In this document: in pieces, positions 11,347 through 21,777 of the stretch
Position numbering within the stretch: the first letter of the stretch is position 1
Layout: every line of letters starts with the position of its first letter
NCBI GenBank assembly: GCA_037381915.1
Contig: JARRQJ010000003.1
Location: 3,917-67,916, forward strand
DNA from: Gammaproteobacteria bacterium
GTDB lineage: Bacteria; Pseudomonadota; Gammaproteobacteria; DRLM01
Length of the DNA stretch: 64,000 bases
Direction of reading: 5' to 3'
The notes under the pieces: model-generated
The model's database searches: none
Seen by the model: the letters and a program-made list of their open reading frames with translations, nothing else
Told to the model about the DNA's origin: nothing
Position numbers and translations under genes: made by a program

Positions 11347-13425
11347 CTACTCCACCATTAACCGGTGCAAAAGACTGCGCAGGGTAACGGGAGCTACCGG
11401 TTTACTCAATACCGGATAGCGACTCCCACGGAGCCTGCTCAACTCCTCTGGATTGACATCCCCCGTTATGATCACCGCCTTGCTCCGTCTTCCCCCTTTT
11501 TCGTTCAGCGTCTCAATTACTTCAAGACCGGTATGGCCATCGGCGAGGCGATAGTCGGCGATAATCACATCGATCTCTTCATCTGCCGCCACTCGCACGG
11601 CATCCTCCAGGGAGTCGGCCGTCAGCACGGCGCACGTCCAACTGGTCAGCAGATCCCGGGTGGCGGCAAGGACATCCGGATCATCGTCCACTACCAGCAC
11701 GACGGCGCCCTGTAGACGATAACCGCGCTCCTCGTGGGTGAGGGGCGCGCCATTTTGCCGTGGCAATGGTACCCCTTCCGGCACCGCCAGTCTGAAACAG
11801 GTACCGCGGCCCATGCGGGAAATGAGTCTCAATTGATAGCCAAGCAGTTGATTCAAACGCTGCACGATGGAAAGCCCCAGGCCGAGCCCTTTGCGTCGGT
11901 CACGACCCCGATTGTCCAGCTGGACGAATTTGTCGAAGATCGCCTGCTGCTGTTCCGCCGGAATACCGGGGCCGCAGTCCCACACCTCAATGCGCCACCT
12001 GTCGCCGCGTCTACGTGCCGCAATCAACACACCGGGGGCACGACTATGTTTAATGGCGTTGTCTACCAGATTGGCAAGCACCCGGTAGAGCAGGGTTGCA
12101 TCGGAATAAAGCCATGCACGGGTCGAACGGAGGCGCAGTCCGACATCATGCTCCCGCGCCAGGGAGGTAAACTCATTTTCAAGCCGGGTGAAGAGCTGCG
12201 CCAGCGGGAAGTGAGTCATGTTAGGTTTCAGGGTACCGGCATCGAGATGTGAGATATCGAGCAAGGCGTTCAGGATATCACTCAAAGCAAACTGCGAGTT
12301 GCTGATCTGCGCCAGGACCCCTTCCGCATTTTCATCCTGTAACAACTCTTTCAACTGCCCTATCTGCAGGCTCATGGCATGCAGCGGCTGACGCAGGTCG
12401 TGGCTTGCGGCTGCGAGAAAATCTGTTTTGGCGCGGGTTGCCTGTTCAGCCGCTTCGCGCGCCGTCCTGGCCTCCTCTTCACTTGCCCGCAGCTCCTGGG
12501 TGCTGAACTCGACTTTTCTTCTCAGCTGCCGGTTCCAGGCCAGAGTGACGCCGAAGCCAGCGACAGTCAGCGCAACAGTAAAGGCAATGACTTGCTCCCG
12601 CGTGGGTTTCCAGGACCCGGACTGCAGACCAACCCATTTGCGATAGATAGCCTGCCGCTCCTCACTGCCGATCGAGGCGACACCTTTCTGCAACAGGTGC
12701 TGCAGCATGGGCCAGTCCCGGCGCGAAGCAAGTGCCAGTTTGTATGAGAATTCCGTCAGGCTGCTGATATGAAGATTAGTAATCTTCCATTTTTCAATCG
12801 CGTAGGAGGTGGTGGCCAGATTCAACAGTCCGGCGTCTGCCTCGCCCGTGGAGACCCTCTGTAGCAGAGTCATTACATCCGCGGCCATGCGCAGTTCTAT
12901 TTGTGGATGGCTATTACGTAGAAATTCGTTGACGCCAAAACCCTTGATGGTAAGGAGCTGCTTGCCATGTAGCGCTTCAAGCGATGAGACGTCCTCCCCC
13001 GCACGGGTAATGATCACATCCGGATACGCCACGTAGGGTGCGGTGAAACGCATATACTTCAGACGTTCTGGCGTCTCCGTCGCCACCGCGACCATATCGG
13101 CCTTGTGTGTCTTGATCAGCTGCAGCGCCTGTGCCCAACTCACGGGGAGCCTATATTCAAAGCGAATTCCAAGGTTTTGGGAGATGATCTCAAGATAATC
13201 ATTGGCCAGCCCGACGGACTCCCCCGCATCATTTTTGAACTGAAAGGGGGCGTAATCGGGGTCGGATGCGACGCGGATAACCGGGTGCGCGTTGACCCAT
13301 CTCTGCTCTTCCGCCGTCAGAACCAAGCCGGGCGAATTGCCTGGATGCGCTACCTTACCCCCAAGGCAGGTGCCTGTGAAAAGCACGAAGAGCAAGAAAA
13401 GCAAAATGGTGCGCGCTGAACTCAT
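11347..13425 (-). CDS. hybrid sensor histidine kinase with periplasmic solute-binding (SBP_bac_3-like) sensor domain and C-terminal receiver
   Basis: Signal peptide, an extracytoplasmic domain (..IRVASDPDYAPFQF..), a TM segment, H-box AASHDLRQPLHAM, HATPase (DNAIKHS...GLGLGLSIVQ), and REC (VLVVDDDPDV...IIADYRLADGHTG). Confidence 0.9.
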   Translation of the reverse strand: MSSARTILLFLLFVLFTGTCLGGKVAHPGNSPGLVLTAEEQRWVNAHPVIRVASDPDYAPFQFKNDAGESVGLANDYLEIISQNLGIRFEYRLPVSWAQALQLIKTHKADMVAVATETPERLKYMRFTAPYVAYPDVIITRAGEDVSSLEALHGKQLLTIKGFGVNEFLRNSHPQIELRMAADVMTLLQRVSTGEADAGLLNLATTSYAIEKWKITNLHISSLTEFSYKLALASRRDWPMLQHLLQKGVASIGSEERQAIYRKWVGLQSGSWKPTREQVIAFTVALTVAGFGVTLAWNRQLRRKVEFSTQELRASEEEARTAREAAEQATRAKTDFLAAASHDLRQPLHAMSLQIGQLKELLQDENAEGVLAQISNSQFALSDILNALLDISHLDAGTLKPNMTHFPLAQLFTRLENEFTSLAREHDVGLRLRSTRAWLYSDATLLYRVLANLVDNAIKHSRAPGVLIAARRRGDRWRIEVWDCGPGIPAEQQQAIFDKFVQLDNRGRDRRKGLGLGLSIVQRLNQLLGYQLRLISRMGRGTCFRLAVPEGVPLPRQNGAPLTHEERGYRLQGAVVLVVDDDPDVLAATRDLLTSWTCAVLTADSLEDAVRVAADEEIDVIIADYRLADGHTGLEVIETLNEKGGRRSKAVIITGDVNPEELSRLRGSRYPVLSKPVAPVTLRSLLHRLMVE

Positions 13426-13648
13426 GACAATGGATTATGGGATCCGTAAACCTGGGAGATCGATACCTGAATAATCAGAGTTTCACCCTAATGTTGCATA
13501 TAATATCGATTTAATACCAATAATTTTCTTACGGAAGTTTAGTCTCCCCTCAATAAATTGTCATAATTGCCGTCTTAATCCATGATCCATCCTGATTTTT
13601 TGGTGTATGCACTGCGCAATTGCACCGTATTGGCCATATGAGACTACA

Positions 13649-14158
13649 ATGACGGATTACAGCGAAATCATCCTCGGGCAACATCAAGAACCCATCGACC
13701 TGGCGGACAGCGAGGCTCAGCGCAGTGCCGCGGTCGCGCTGGCCCTGCAGGCACGGCGCAGTGTGGATATCTTCACCCGTGACCTCGATAGAAAGATTTA
13801 TGATTACAGGAAATTTCTCGACGGCCTGCAGAATCTGGCTGTCAACCACCGGGGACTGATTCGCATCCTGGTGAAGGATTCGGGCAATGCGGTCAAATAC
13901 GGCCACCGCCTGATCGCCCTCAGCCAGCGCCTAACCAGTTTCATTGAGATCCGCAAAGTGGCGGAGGATTATAAGGAGTTTAATGAGGCTTTTCTGATCG
14001 CGGACGAAACCGGCTACGTGCACCGCAAACATGCCGATCGCTTCGAGGGCGTCGCCCGATTCAATGCCGCCAAGGAAGCCGCGAACCTACTGATCTTCTT
14101 TAACGAGGTGTGGAGGAACAGTGAGCCCGACGCCGACCTGCGGCGGATATATCTCTAA
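13649..14158 (+). CDS. hypothetical protein (169 aa, soluble)
   Basis: Clean ORF with coding-like composition. I recognise no motif. The start was taken at ATG 13649 inside the 13607-14158 ORF. Confidence 0.5.
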   Translation: MTDYSEIILGQHQEPIDLADSEAQRSAAVALALQARRSVDIFTRDLDRKIYDYRKFLDGLQNLAVNHRGLIRILVKDSGNAVKYGHRLIALSQRLTSFIEIRKVAEDYKEFNEAFLIADETGYVHRKHADRFEGVARFNAAKEAANLLIFFNEVWRNSEPDADLRRIYL

Positions 14159-14376
14159 TGTGGCTCTGCTTGATACATCATCCCGGCGCAAACCTGGATG
14201 AGGATTCATCAAAGCCGTGGTTTCCGGCTTCCGCCGGAATGACGGATCGGGGTTGCGTCAACGCCTTTCCAGGCATCACGACCGCAGGAATCCTGCTGCA
14301 GGTGACCACAACGCCCTAGCCGAACGGCCGGTCGAAGCGCCCTGCGGCGATCCACTCAGAGAAGCTGATTGTCCGA

Positions 14377-16167
14377 TCAACGTCCCCGCAGGAACAACTT
14401 GTCCAGATCGTCCATGCGCAACTGCACCCAGGTGGGGCGGCCGTGGTTGCACTGACCGCTGCGCTCGGTGCGCTCCATGTCGCGCAGCAGCGCGTTCATT
14501 TCCGCCAGGCTCAATTTGCGCTGGGCGCGCACCGCCCCGTGACAGGCCACGGTCGAGAGGATTTCGTTGATGTGCTCGTTGATGCGGGTACTGGAACCGT
14601 AGGTATTGAGATCGGCGAGCACGTCCCGCACCAGCTGCGCCACATCCGCATCACGCAATAGGGCGGGCACCTGGCGAATCACCAGGCTTTCGGGGCCGAT
14701 GCGGTTCACTTCGAAACCCAGCTCGCCGAACACCGCCTTATGTTCCTCGGCCAGACCGGCCTCCCGGGCGCTGACCTGCATACTGACCGGCACCAGCAGA
14801 GGCTGGGATACGATCTTGCCTTCTCCATGGGATTGCTTGAGGCCTTCATAGGCGATGCGCTCATGTGCCGCGTGCATGTCCACCACGATCAGACCTTCGC
14901 CGTTTTCGGCGAGGATATACACGCCATGCAACTGCGCGATGGCGTAGCCCAAAGGATGGGCATCGCCAGCGACCTCAGTTTCTTCCTCGCTTATCCGCGG
15001 TTGCGGATGCAGGGCCGCGTAAGCGGCGATCTGCTCCCGTACCTGCAAAGGGATGGCGCTCTGCGACGGCGGCCGTGCGGCGAAGGTCGGGCTGCGCATG
15101 GTCGTGGCGGCCGGTCTCTCCAGTACCGCCAGATCTTCCTGCGTCTCGCCCGGCACCGGCGTACCGGGCCGCAACTGGGCCAGGGCGTCGTGCAGACCGC
15201 GAAACAGAAAATCATGCACGCGCCGGCTCTCCCGGAAACGCACCTCGTGTTTGGTGGGATGGACGTTGACGTCCACCTCTTCCGGCGGTAATTCCAGAAA
15301 CAGCACGAAGGCGGGATGGCGGCCGTGGTATAACACATCCTGATAGGCCTGACGGATCGCATGGGCCACCAGCTTGTCGCGCACCATGCGCCCGTTGACA
15401 TAGAAATATTGCATATCCGCCTGGCTGCGCGAGAAAGTCGGCTGGCTGATCCAGCCCCACAGCCGCAATTCACCGACCTGGAAATCCACCATCACCGCAT
15501 TGGATGTAAACTCCTCGCCGCACAGCGTCGTCACGCGCCGCTGCTGCTCCTGTTCGGACGGCGCCGCCGCGAGCTTGTAGACCACCCGCCCGCCGTGGTT
15601 TAGATGCACGGTCACGTCGAAGCGGCTGAGCGCCAGGCGCTTGACCACTTCCTCGAGATGATTGAACTCGGTACGCTCGGTGCGCAGAAACTTGCGCCGC
15701 GCCGGCGTGTTGAAAAACAGATCGCGCACCTCCACCGTGGTTCCGGGCGGGTGCGCTACAGGGGCCGGCTCAGCACCGCCTTCGTTTTCCACCTGCCAGG
15801 CGCGTTCGCTGCCAGGCGTACGTGATGCCAGACTCAGGCGCGAAACGGAACTGATGCTGGGCAGGGCCTCGCCGCGAAAACCCAGGCTCTTCACTGCGAC
15901 CAGGTCGTCGAAGCTGTGGATCTTGCTGGTGGCATGGCGATCCAAAGCCATGGCCAGGTCATCGCGATGAATCCCGTGCCCGTCATCGCGGATCCGGATC
16001 AACTTCGTCCCACCCGCTTCGATGTCCATTTCAATGCGCTGGGCTCCGGCATCCAGGCTGTTCTCCAGCAATTCCTTGACCACCGACGAAGGACGCTCTA
16101 CCACCTCGCCGGCGGCGATCTGATTGGCAAGCTGGGCAGGCAGTAAAAAAATTCGCGAACCGGACAT
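14377..16167 (-). CDS. mutL: DNA mismatch repair protein MutL
   Basis: N-terminal GHKL ATPase motifs ([34 protein letters not shown]...DDGHGI...GFRGEAL), and C-terminal dimerisation domain ending ...CNHGRPTW. Confidence 0.97.
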   Translation of the reverse strand: MSGSRIFLLPAQLANQIAAGEVVERPSSVVKELLENSLDAGAQRIEMDIEAGGTKLIRIRDDGHGIHRDDLAMALDRHATSKIHSFDDLVAVKSLGFRGEALPSISSVSRLSLASRTPGSERAWQVENEGGAEPAPVAHPPGTTVEVRDLFFNTPARRKFLRTERTEFNHLEEVVKRLALSRFDVTVHLNHGGRVVYKLAAAPSEQEQQRRVTTLCGEEFTSNAVMVDFQVGELRLWGWISQPTFSRSQADMQYFYVNGRMVRDKLVAHAIRQAYQDVLYHGRHPAFVLFLELPPEEVDVNVHPTKHEVRFRESRRVHDFLFRGLHDALAQLRPGTPVPGETQEDLAVLERPAATTMRSPTFAARPPSQSAIPLQVREQIAAYAALHPQPRISEEETEVAGDAHPLGYAIAQLHGVYILAENGEGLIVVDMHAAHERIAYEGLKQSHGEGKIVSQPLLVPVSMQVSAREAGLAEEHKAVFGELGFEVNRIGPESLVIRQVPALLRDADVAQLVRDVLADLNTYGSSTRINEHINEILSTVACHGAVRAQRKLSLAEMNALLRDMERTERSGQCNHGRPTWVQLRMDDLDKLFLRGR

Positions 16168-16469
16168 CTCGACTCCCCGTAAACGACCCTTCGCGCATTA
16201 TAAAGGATGAGAGCGGTGATGGGCGCTAATTCAAGAAAGACTCCCCCAACCCGCCGTTGCCCCGCTAAAGCAACGGCATTCGAAAAGAAACACTTCTTTC
16301 ACCTATAGTTAGATTGATTGCTATCTTTGACGTCGGCGTCACCGCTACGCCGAGATCCCCTGGCGACGCCAAACAACGCGCGACGGGGAGATCGTGTTCC
16401 AATATCTACAAAAGCTGGCCGCCGCCTGTTTGAAGCGGCCGGAGGTGGTACGCCATGAAGTACCAAGAA

Positions 16470-17867
16470 TCAGGTGCCGTCGCTGGGCGGGATGCGCAGC
16501 ACGGTTCCGACGTAGAGGCGATCGCTGCTGAGATTGTTGGACACCCGCAAGGTGTGGACGCTCACACCGTAATGGTTGGCGATGGTGGAGAGTGTATCAC
16601 CCTTGGAGATCGTGTACTTGCGCGTGGAATTGGCCTGGGCGATCTTGGTGCCCGGCGGAGCGTTCTCCCGGAAATATTCCTGCACACCCTGCGCGATGGC
16701 GCGTGCCAGCCGTCTCTGATAGACGGGTGATGTCAGCTTTCGTTCCTGCTGGGGGTTGGAGATGAAGGCGGTTTCTACCAGCATGGACGGGATATCCGGG
16801 GCCTTGAGCACCACGAAACCGGCGTGCTCGATACGGTGGCGATGCAGCTTGCCCACGGTGCCCAGTTCATGCAACACCTCGCTGCCCGCCCGGTCGCTGG
16901 CTTCAATGGTGGCGGTCTGGGACAGGTCCAACAGTACCGACTTCAAGACGTCGTCCTTGTCGTCCAGACTCACGCCGCCGACCAGGTCCGCGGCGTTTTC
17001 CTTCTCCGCAAGCCAACGCGCCGCCTCGCTGCTGGCGCCGCTCTCGGACAGCACATACACCGAGGAGCCCTTGACGGAACGATCGTCAATGGCATCGGCG
17101 TGAATGGAAATGAAGAGATCGGCCTTGGCCTTTCGAGCCTTGATCACGCGTTTACGCAGCGGCACGAAATAATCGCCATCGCGGGTCAGTACCGGCTTGA
17201 TGCCGGGTTCGGCGCTGAGTTGTTTGTCCAATTGGCGGGCGATGGCCAGGGTGACATTCTTCTCTTTCACCCCGTGGGGACCGTGGGCGCCGGGATCGAT
17301 ACCGCCGTGCCCGGCATCGATGGCAACCACCACATCCCGAAGCTTCGTTTTGGACGGCGCGTTGGCCGCGATCACCGTCCGAGTCCTGCCGGACGCGCTG
17401 TGCGGTCCGGGCGCCGCGGCGGCGGTGCGTGCGACCGGGGGGGCCGGTTGCGGTACCGCCGCAGTTGCGACACGCGTGACCCCAACCCGCTGTAGATCTA
17501 CTACCAGGCGGTATCCGCGAACAGCCGCCGACGGTTGGAGAATGAAACTCTTGGTGACCACCTTGCTCTTAACCACCAACACCAGACGCAGATCGCGACC
17601 ATGGCGTATCCCGCTGCGTACCGCCTGCACCGGACTGCCGTTGACATGCACATTGGGTAGCGCGGATCGCAGCCGGGCATTTTTAAGATCGATCACTACG
17701 CGCGCCGGATGCGGCAGGGTAAACACCTTGTAGTCTGGTGATTTACTGAGATTCAGGACCAGGCGGCTGGTTTCGGGCGCGACGGTATAATGCACTTCCC
17801 TGACCTTGACTGAGGCCAGTGCCGGCACCGATAACATCACGAGTAAAAGAGCCACTATTCTTTTCAT
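16470..17867 (-). CDS. amiB: N-acetylmuramoyl-L-alanine amidase with AMIN-like N-terminus and C-terminal LysM
   Basis: Signal peptide MKRIVALLLVMLSVPALA. Amidase_3 core (VVAIDAGHGG.DPGA...ISIHADA...ETAFISN). C-terminal LysM (YTISKGDTLSTIANHYGVSVHTLRVSNNL..D.LYVGTVLRIP). Conserved tsaE-amiB-mutL synteny. Confidence 0.92.
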   Translation of the reverse strand: MKRIVALLLVMLSVPALASVKVREVHYTVAPETSRLVLNLSKSPDYKVFTLPHPARVVIDLKNARLRSALPNVHVNGSPVQAVRSGIRHGRDLRLVLVVKSKVVTKSFILQPSAAVRGYRLVVDLQRVGVTRVATAAVPQPAPPVARTAAAAPGPHSASGRTRTVIAANAPSKTKLRDVVVAIDAGHGGIDPGAHGPHGVKEKNVTLAIARQLDKQLSAEPGIKPVLTRDGDYFVPLRKRVIKARKAKADLFISIHADAIDDRSVKGSSVYVLSESGASSEAARWLAEKENAADLVGGVSLDDKDDVLKSVLLDLSQTATIEASDRAGSEVLHELGTVGKLHRHRIEHAGFVVLKAPDIPSMLVETAFISNPQQERKLTSPVYQRRLARAIAQGVQEYFRENAPPGTKIAQANSTRKYTISKGDTLSTIANHYGVSVHTLRVSNNLSSDRLYVGTVLRIPPSDGT

Positions 17868-18023
17868 GGTCGCGTCCCTGTACCCACTCTATCGCGAAGG
17901 TATACATGACCCTGACGATTTTCGCAAGTATTTTGAGTTGAATCCTGGGCTTATAGATTCAACTTATCCTTTTCACAAAGCAAGCAGCGCTATCTACGTC
18001 CTATTATAGGATATCGGCGTGAT

Positions 18024-18494
18024 TCAGCCAGGATTGAGATCGACGCCCCCCAAAGCCTCAAGGAAGGTTTTTCCAGCGGCACCCTGGTCTTCCAGCGAGA
18101 TCCAGCGGCCTTCACCCGCGTAGTCGAGGGTAATCACCACATCGGCAGGGGGCAAAAACCCCGCTCCCCGTTCGGGCCACTCCACCAGGACGATGGCATG
18201 GTCATCCTGCAATTCGCGCAGGCCGAGATAGTCGAGTTCCGCCGCGTCGCGCACTCGATAGAGATCCAAGTGATACACGTGCCAGGGACCGATTTCATAC
18301 GGTTCTATCAAGGTATAGGTCGGGCTCTTCACCACCGCATCGTATCCCATCCCGCGCATGAAACCCCGCACCAGGGTGGTTTTGCCCGCGCCCAGAGGAC
18401 CGTGCAGATAGAACACCAGCGGAGCATGGCAGGCCTCGGCTAGGCGCATCCCCGCCGCGACCATGGCCGCCTCATCCTGCACGGCAAATTTCAT
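18024..18494 (-). CDS. tsaE: tRNA t6A37 biosynthesis ATPase TsaE
   Basis: 156 aa. P-loop LHGPLGAGKTTLVRG, then ...VKSPTYTLIEPY...HLDLYR. The start overlaps the nnr stop by 4 nt. Confidence 0.92.
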   Translation of the reverse strand: MKFAVQDEAAMVAAGMRLAEACHAPLVFYLHGPLGAGKTTLVRGFMRGMGYDAVVKSPTYTLIEPYEIGPWHVYHLDLYRVRDAAELDYLGLRELQDDHAIVLVEWPERGAGFLPPADVVITLDYAGEGRWISLEDQGAAGKTFLEALGGVDLNPG

Positions 18495-19984
18495 GGGGGC
18501 AAGGACGGATTCACCAGGCGCTGCAACGGCCCCATCAAATCCCCGGCCATCAGACCCCGCTCTCCTCCCTGCGCCGCCGCAACGTCGCCGGCACCGCCGT
18601 GCAGCCGGACGCCGGCCAGTGCCGCGTCCCAGGGATTCAAACCCTGCGCCAGCAACCCGGCGATCACCCCGGTCAGCACATCGCCCATGCCGCCCACCGC
18701 CATACCCGGATTACCCGTATCGCACAGTGCCACCGGGTCATAGCCATTGCACACCAGTGTGCCTGCCCCTTTCAATACCACTACCCCGCCATAGCGCTTG
18801 TGCAGTTCGCGCACCGCCTGCCAGCGATCGGCCTGCACCTCAGCCACCGGGACCTTCAATAGGCGCGCAGCTTCACCCGGGTGAGGAGTGAGTATCCAAT
18901 GAGAGCGGCGCAACGGTTCCTGTGCCAGCCAGTAGAGGGCATCGGCATCCACCACCATGGGCAGCGAACTCTCCAGGGCGGCGCCGAATATCATTTTCCC
19001 CCAGCTATGACGACCGAGACCTGGTCCGACCGCCAGCACGCTTGCCCTGGACAATAACGCTTGTAATGCATTGGCTTCCGGAATACCGTGACACATCAAT
19101 TCGGGACGTGCCGCGTTCAAGGCCGCGGCATGGGACGGGTGGGTCGCCATGCTGATCAATCCGGCACCGACGCGGGCCGCCGCCTCACCCGCAAGACGCA
19201 ACGCCCCCGCCATGCCTGGTGCGCCCCCCATCACCAACACATGGCCGTGTGCGCCCTTGTGGGCGGTGCGCGGACGGGGCGCCAACGAGGGATTGATGCG
19301 ATCCGACGTGATGCGGAATGCAGGTGCCGGAACCCGCCGGTAGATCTCTTCGGGTACTTCTAAACCGTCGAAACTGACTTCACCGCAATAGTCCGGACCT
19401 TGCCCGGTGAACAGGCCCTGCTTCAAACCGACGAAGGTCATAGTCTTGGCCGCCCGCACGGCGCTCCCCAGGGGATTGCCATTGTCCGCGTGGAGACCGG
19501 ACGGGATATCCAAGGACAATACGGGCGCGGCCTGGCGGTTGATCAAGTCGATCGCCTCGCCATGCAAGCCGCTCACCTCCCGGTCCAGCCCCGTGCCCAA
19601 GACAGCGTCCACCACCACGTCGGCTTCCGGCCAGCGATCCGGTACGAAAGGCGAAACCTGCACCCCGGTCTTGAGCATTGCCTCGCAGGCGCGGCGGGCG
19701 TCGCCGCGCAACTGTGCCGCCTCCCCCAGCAACAACACCTCGACTTGCATGCCGCCTTCACGGGCAAGCCGTGCCAGAACGAAGCCGTCCCCGCCATTGT
19801 TGCCGATACCGCACACGACGACCACGGTGCGCGCACGCGGCCAGCTCCGCCGCAACAGGCGCAAACCCGCCATTCCAGCACGGCTCATCAGGGTATAACC
19901 GGGTATGCCCCGATCGGTAATGGCGATACGATCAAGCTCGCGCAAGTCCTGCGCGCGGTACAGTGCTTGGGGAAGTTCACGCAT
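18491..19984 (-). CDS. nnr: bifunctional NAD(P)H-hydrate repair enzyme (epimerase/ADP-dependent dehydratase)
   Basis: YjeF-N (..VVVVCGIGNNGGDGFV.AR.L) plus a carbohydrate-kinase-like C-domain (KG.HG.VLV.GG...GA..LAG.AA.R.GAGL...GPGLG...TPHPGE...VVLKGA.T......GNPGMA.GGMGDVLTG). The start is uncertain (ATG candidates at 20023, 20008, 19996, 19984). I chose 19984 because the longest form would overlap the queG start head-to-head. Confidence 0.85.
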   Translation of the reverse strand: MRELPQALYRAQDLRELDRIAITDRGIPGYTLMSRAGMAGLRLLRRSWPRARTVVVVCGIGNNGGDGFVLARLAREGGMQVEVLLLGEAAQLRGDARRACEAMLKTGVQVSPFVPDRWPEADVVVDAVLGTGLDREVSGLHGEAIDLINRQAAPVLSLDIPSGLHADNGNPLGSAVRAAKTMTFVGLKQGLFTGQGPDYCGEVSFDGLEVPEEIYRRVPAPAFRITSDRINPSLAPRPRTAHKGAHGHVLVMGGAPGMAGALRLAGEAAARVGAGLISMATHPSHAAALNAARPELMCHGIPEANALQALLSRASVLAVGPGLGRHSWGKMIFGAALESSLPMVVDADALYWLAQEPLRRSHWILTPHPGEAARLLKVPVAEVQADRWQAVRELHKRYGGVVVLKGAGTLVCNGYDPVALCDTGNPGMAVGGMGDVLTGVIAGLLAQGLNPWDAALAGVRLHGGAGDVAAAQGGERGLMAGDLMGPLQRLVNPSLPP

Positions 19985-20017
19985 GGAGGTCGGCATATTG
20001 GTTATCATATAACGGCT

Positions 20018-21115
20018 ATGCATTACTCACCAAACGCCGTCGGCGCCGCCGATGAAACGGAGTGGACGCGGCTGGCCGCGGACATCAAATCCTGGGGCAA
20101 GGCCCTTGGCTTTCAGCAAGTCGGCATCAGCGATACCCAGCTGGACGAAGCCGAAGGCAGACTGCGCGACTGGCTGGCGGCCGGCCGTCACGGCCACATG
20201 GCCTACATGGAACGCCACGGTGCCAAGCGCAGCCGTCCTGCCCAGTTGGTCCCGGGTACTTTGCGGATTATCTCCGCACGCATGGACTATCTCCCGCCGC
20301 GCACTGCACCCGCCGAAGAGGTCCTGCGGCGCAGCGATCGGGCCTATGTATCGCGTTACGCCCTGGGTCGCGATTATCACAAAGTCCTGCGCCGCCGTCT
20401 GCAGCGACTGGCCGATCGCATCCGCGCGGTGACCGGCTCCTTCGGCCACCGGGCGTTCGTGGACAGTGCCCCGGTCTTGGAAAAGGCCATTGCGGCAAAG
20501 GCCGGTTTGGGCTGGATAGGCAAACATACTAATTTATTGCACCGGGAAGCAGGCTCCTGGTTTTTTCTGGGGGAACTCTACACCGATCTGCCCTTGCCGG
20601 TAGATACACCGGTCACAAATCATTGCGGCGAGTGCCGGGCGTGTATCGACGTATGCCCGACCCAGGCGATCGTGGCCCCCTATCAACTCGACGCCCGCCG
20701 CTGCATTTCGTATCTGACCATCGAGCTGCGTGGCAGCATCCCCGTCGAATTGCGTCCCCTTATCGGGAATCGCATCTACGGTTGCGACGACTGCCAATTG
20801 GTATGCCCGTGGAACCGTTTTGCGCAGCTGAGCGCCGAAGCGGATTTCCTGCCGCGGTACGACCTGGACGCGCCTCTCCTCATCGAGCTTTTCGCATGGA
20901 GCAAAGAGGAATTCCTGCTGCGTACCGAAGGATCAGCGATCCGCCGCATTGGTTATGAATGCTGGTTGCGAAATATCGCCGTCGCCTTGGGCAACGCACC
21001 GACCGCTGAACCGATACTTTCCGCCCTGCATTCCCGCCTCGATCATCCTTCGACACTGGTACGCGAACACGTTGCCTGGGCTCTGGCGCAACAGCACAGG
21101 ACAGCCTCACTGTAG
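20018..21115 (+). CDS. queG: epoxyqueuosine reductase
   Basis: Downstream part of the 19400-21115 ORF starting at ATG 20018. Contains ...IKSWGKALGFQQVGISD..., 4Fe-4S motifs CGECRACIDVCP and CDDCQLVCPWN, and a C-terminal HEAT-like region. Confidence 0.9.
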   Translation: MHYSPNAVGAADETEWTRLAADIKSWGKALGFQQVGISDTQLDEAEGRLRDWLAAGRHGHMAYMERHGAKRSRPAQLVPGTLRIISARMDYLPPRTAPAEEVLRRSDRAYVSRYALGRDYHKVLRRRLQRLADRIRAVTGSFGHRAFVDSAPVLEKAIAAKAGLGWIGKHTNLLHREAGSWFFLGELYTDLPLPVDTPVTNHCGECRACIDVCPTQAIVAPYQLDARRCISYLTIELRGSIPVELRPLIGNRIYGCDDCQLVCPWNRFAQLSAEADFLPRYDLDAPLLIELFAWSKEEFLLRTEGSAIRRIGYECWLRNIAVALGNAPTAEPILSALHSRLDHPSTLVREHVAWALAQQHRTASL

Positions 21116-21141
21116 CGCCAGTTACGCAGTAGCTCTGCGGA

Positions 21142-21699
21142 TCACAGGTTTCCCGGCCGGCAGAAGAAATTCTGCCCGTAATAACGGAGTTCAGTGATGG
21201 AATCGCGGATATCTTCCAGCGCTAAGTGGGTGCTTTCCTTGGTGTAGCCGGCGTACACCGACGGAAACCAGCGGCGTGCCAATTCCTTGATGGTGCTGAC
21301 ATCCAGATTGCGGTAATGGAAATAACGTTCCAGCTCCGGCATACAGCGGGCGAGAAAACGGCGGTCCTGGCAGATACTGTTGCCGCACATCGGTGACGTG
21401 CGGGGTGCGACATGCTTGGCCAGGAACTCCAAGGTCATTTGCTCGGCCTGTACTTCGCTATAGGGACTGGCGCGCACCCGATTGAGCAGGCCTGACTTGC
21501 CGTGCTGGTTCTTGTTCCAGTCATCCATGGCATTCAGTATCGCATCCTCCTGGTGAATGGCGATCACCGGCCCTTCTTCCAGGATATTTAGGGCGCTATC
21601 GGTAACAATCGTTGCTATCTCAATGATATAATCCCTGTTGGTATCAAGACCGGTCATCTCCAAATCGATCCAGATCAAATTTAGCGGATCTTGGCTCAT
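21142..21699 (-). CDS. orn: oligoribonuclease
   Basis: 185 aa. [12 protein letters not shown]....[11 protein letters not shown]......VI.Q........MD.WN...H..SGL... is the DEDDh exonuclease pattern of Orn. Confidence 0.95.
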   Translation of the reverse strand: MSQDPLNLIWIDLEMTGLDTNRDYIIEIATIVTDSALNILEEGPVIAIHQEDAILNAMDDWNKNQHGKSGLLNRVRASPYSEVQAEQMTLEFLAKHVAPRTSPMCGNSICQDRRFLARCMPELERYFHYRNLDVSTIKELARRWFPSVYAGYTKESTHLALEDIRDSITELRYYGQNFFCRPGNL

Positions 21700-21777
21700 T
21701 ACACAGTTCCTTCCATCACCACGTTTAGGACGATTGTATCAAAACCTTCTCTCAATAACGGCCAAGCCTATCATCCC

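Noticed and set aside
14180-14260. REP-like hairpins downstream of the hypothetical gene (TCATCC-N12-GGATGA and TTCCGGC-TTCC-GCCGGAA, translating as ..GFRRND..).
   Set aside because: They look like the short palindromic extragenic elements common in proteobacteria. I found no second copy in this window, so a repeat family cannot be asserted from this sequence alone.
14303-14320. A 15-nt identity (ACGCCCTAGCCGAAC) between 14.3 kb and 58.49 kb.
   Set aside because: For a 64 kb window searched on both strands, a few chance 15-mers are expected (roughly 4e9 comparisons against 4^15, about 1e9). The flanking sequence does not extend the match.
19984-20023. Head-to-head overlap of the longest nnr ORF (start 20023) with the queG start (20018).
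   Set aside because: This is most simply explained by the true nnr start being one of the downstream in-frame ATGs (19996 or 19984). It is not evidence of overlapping genes.
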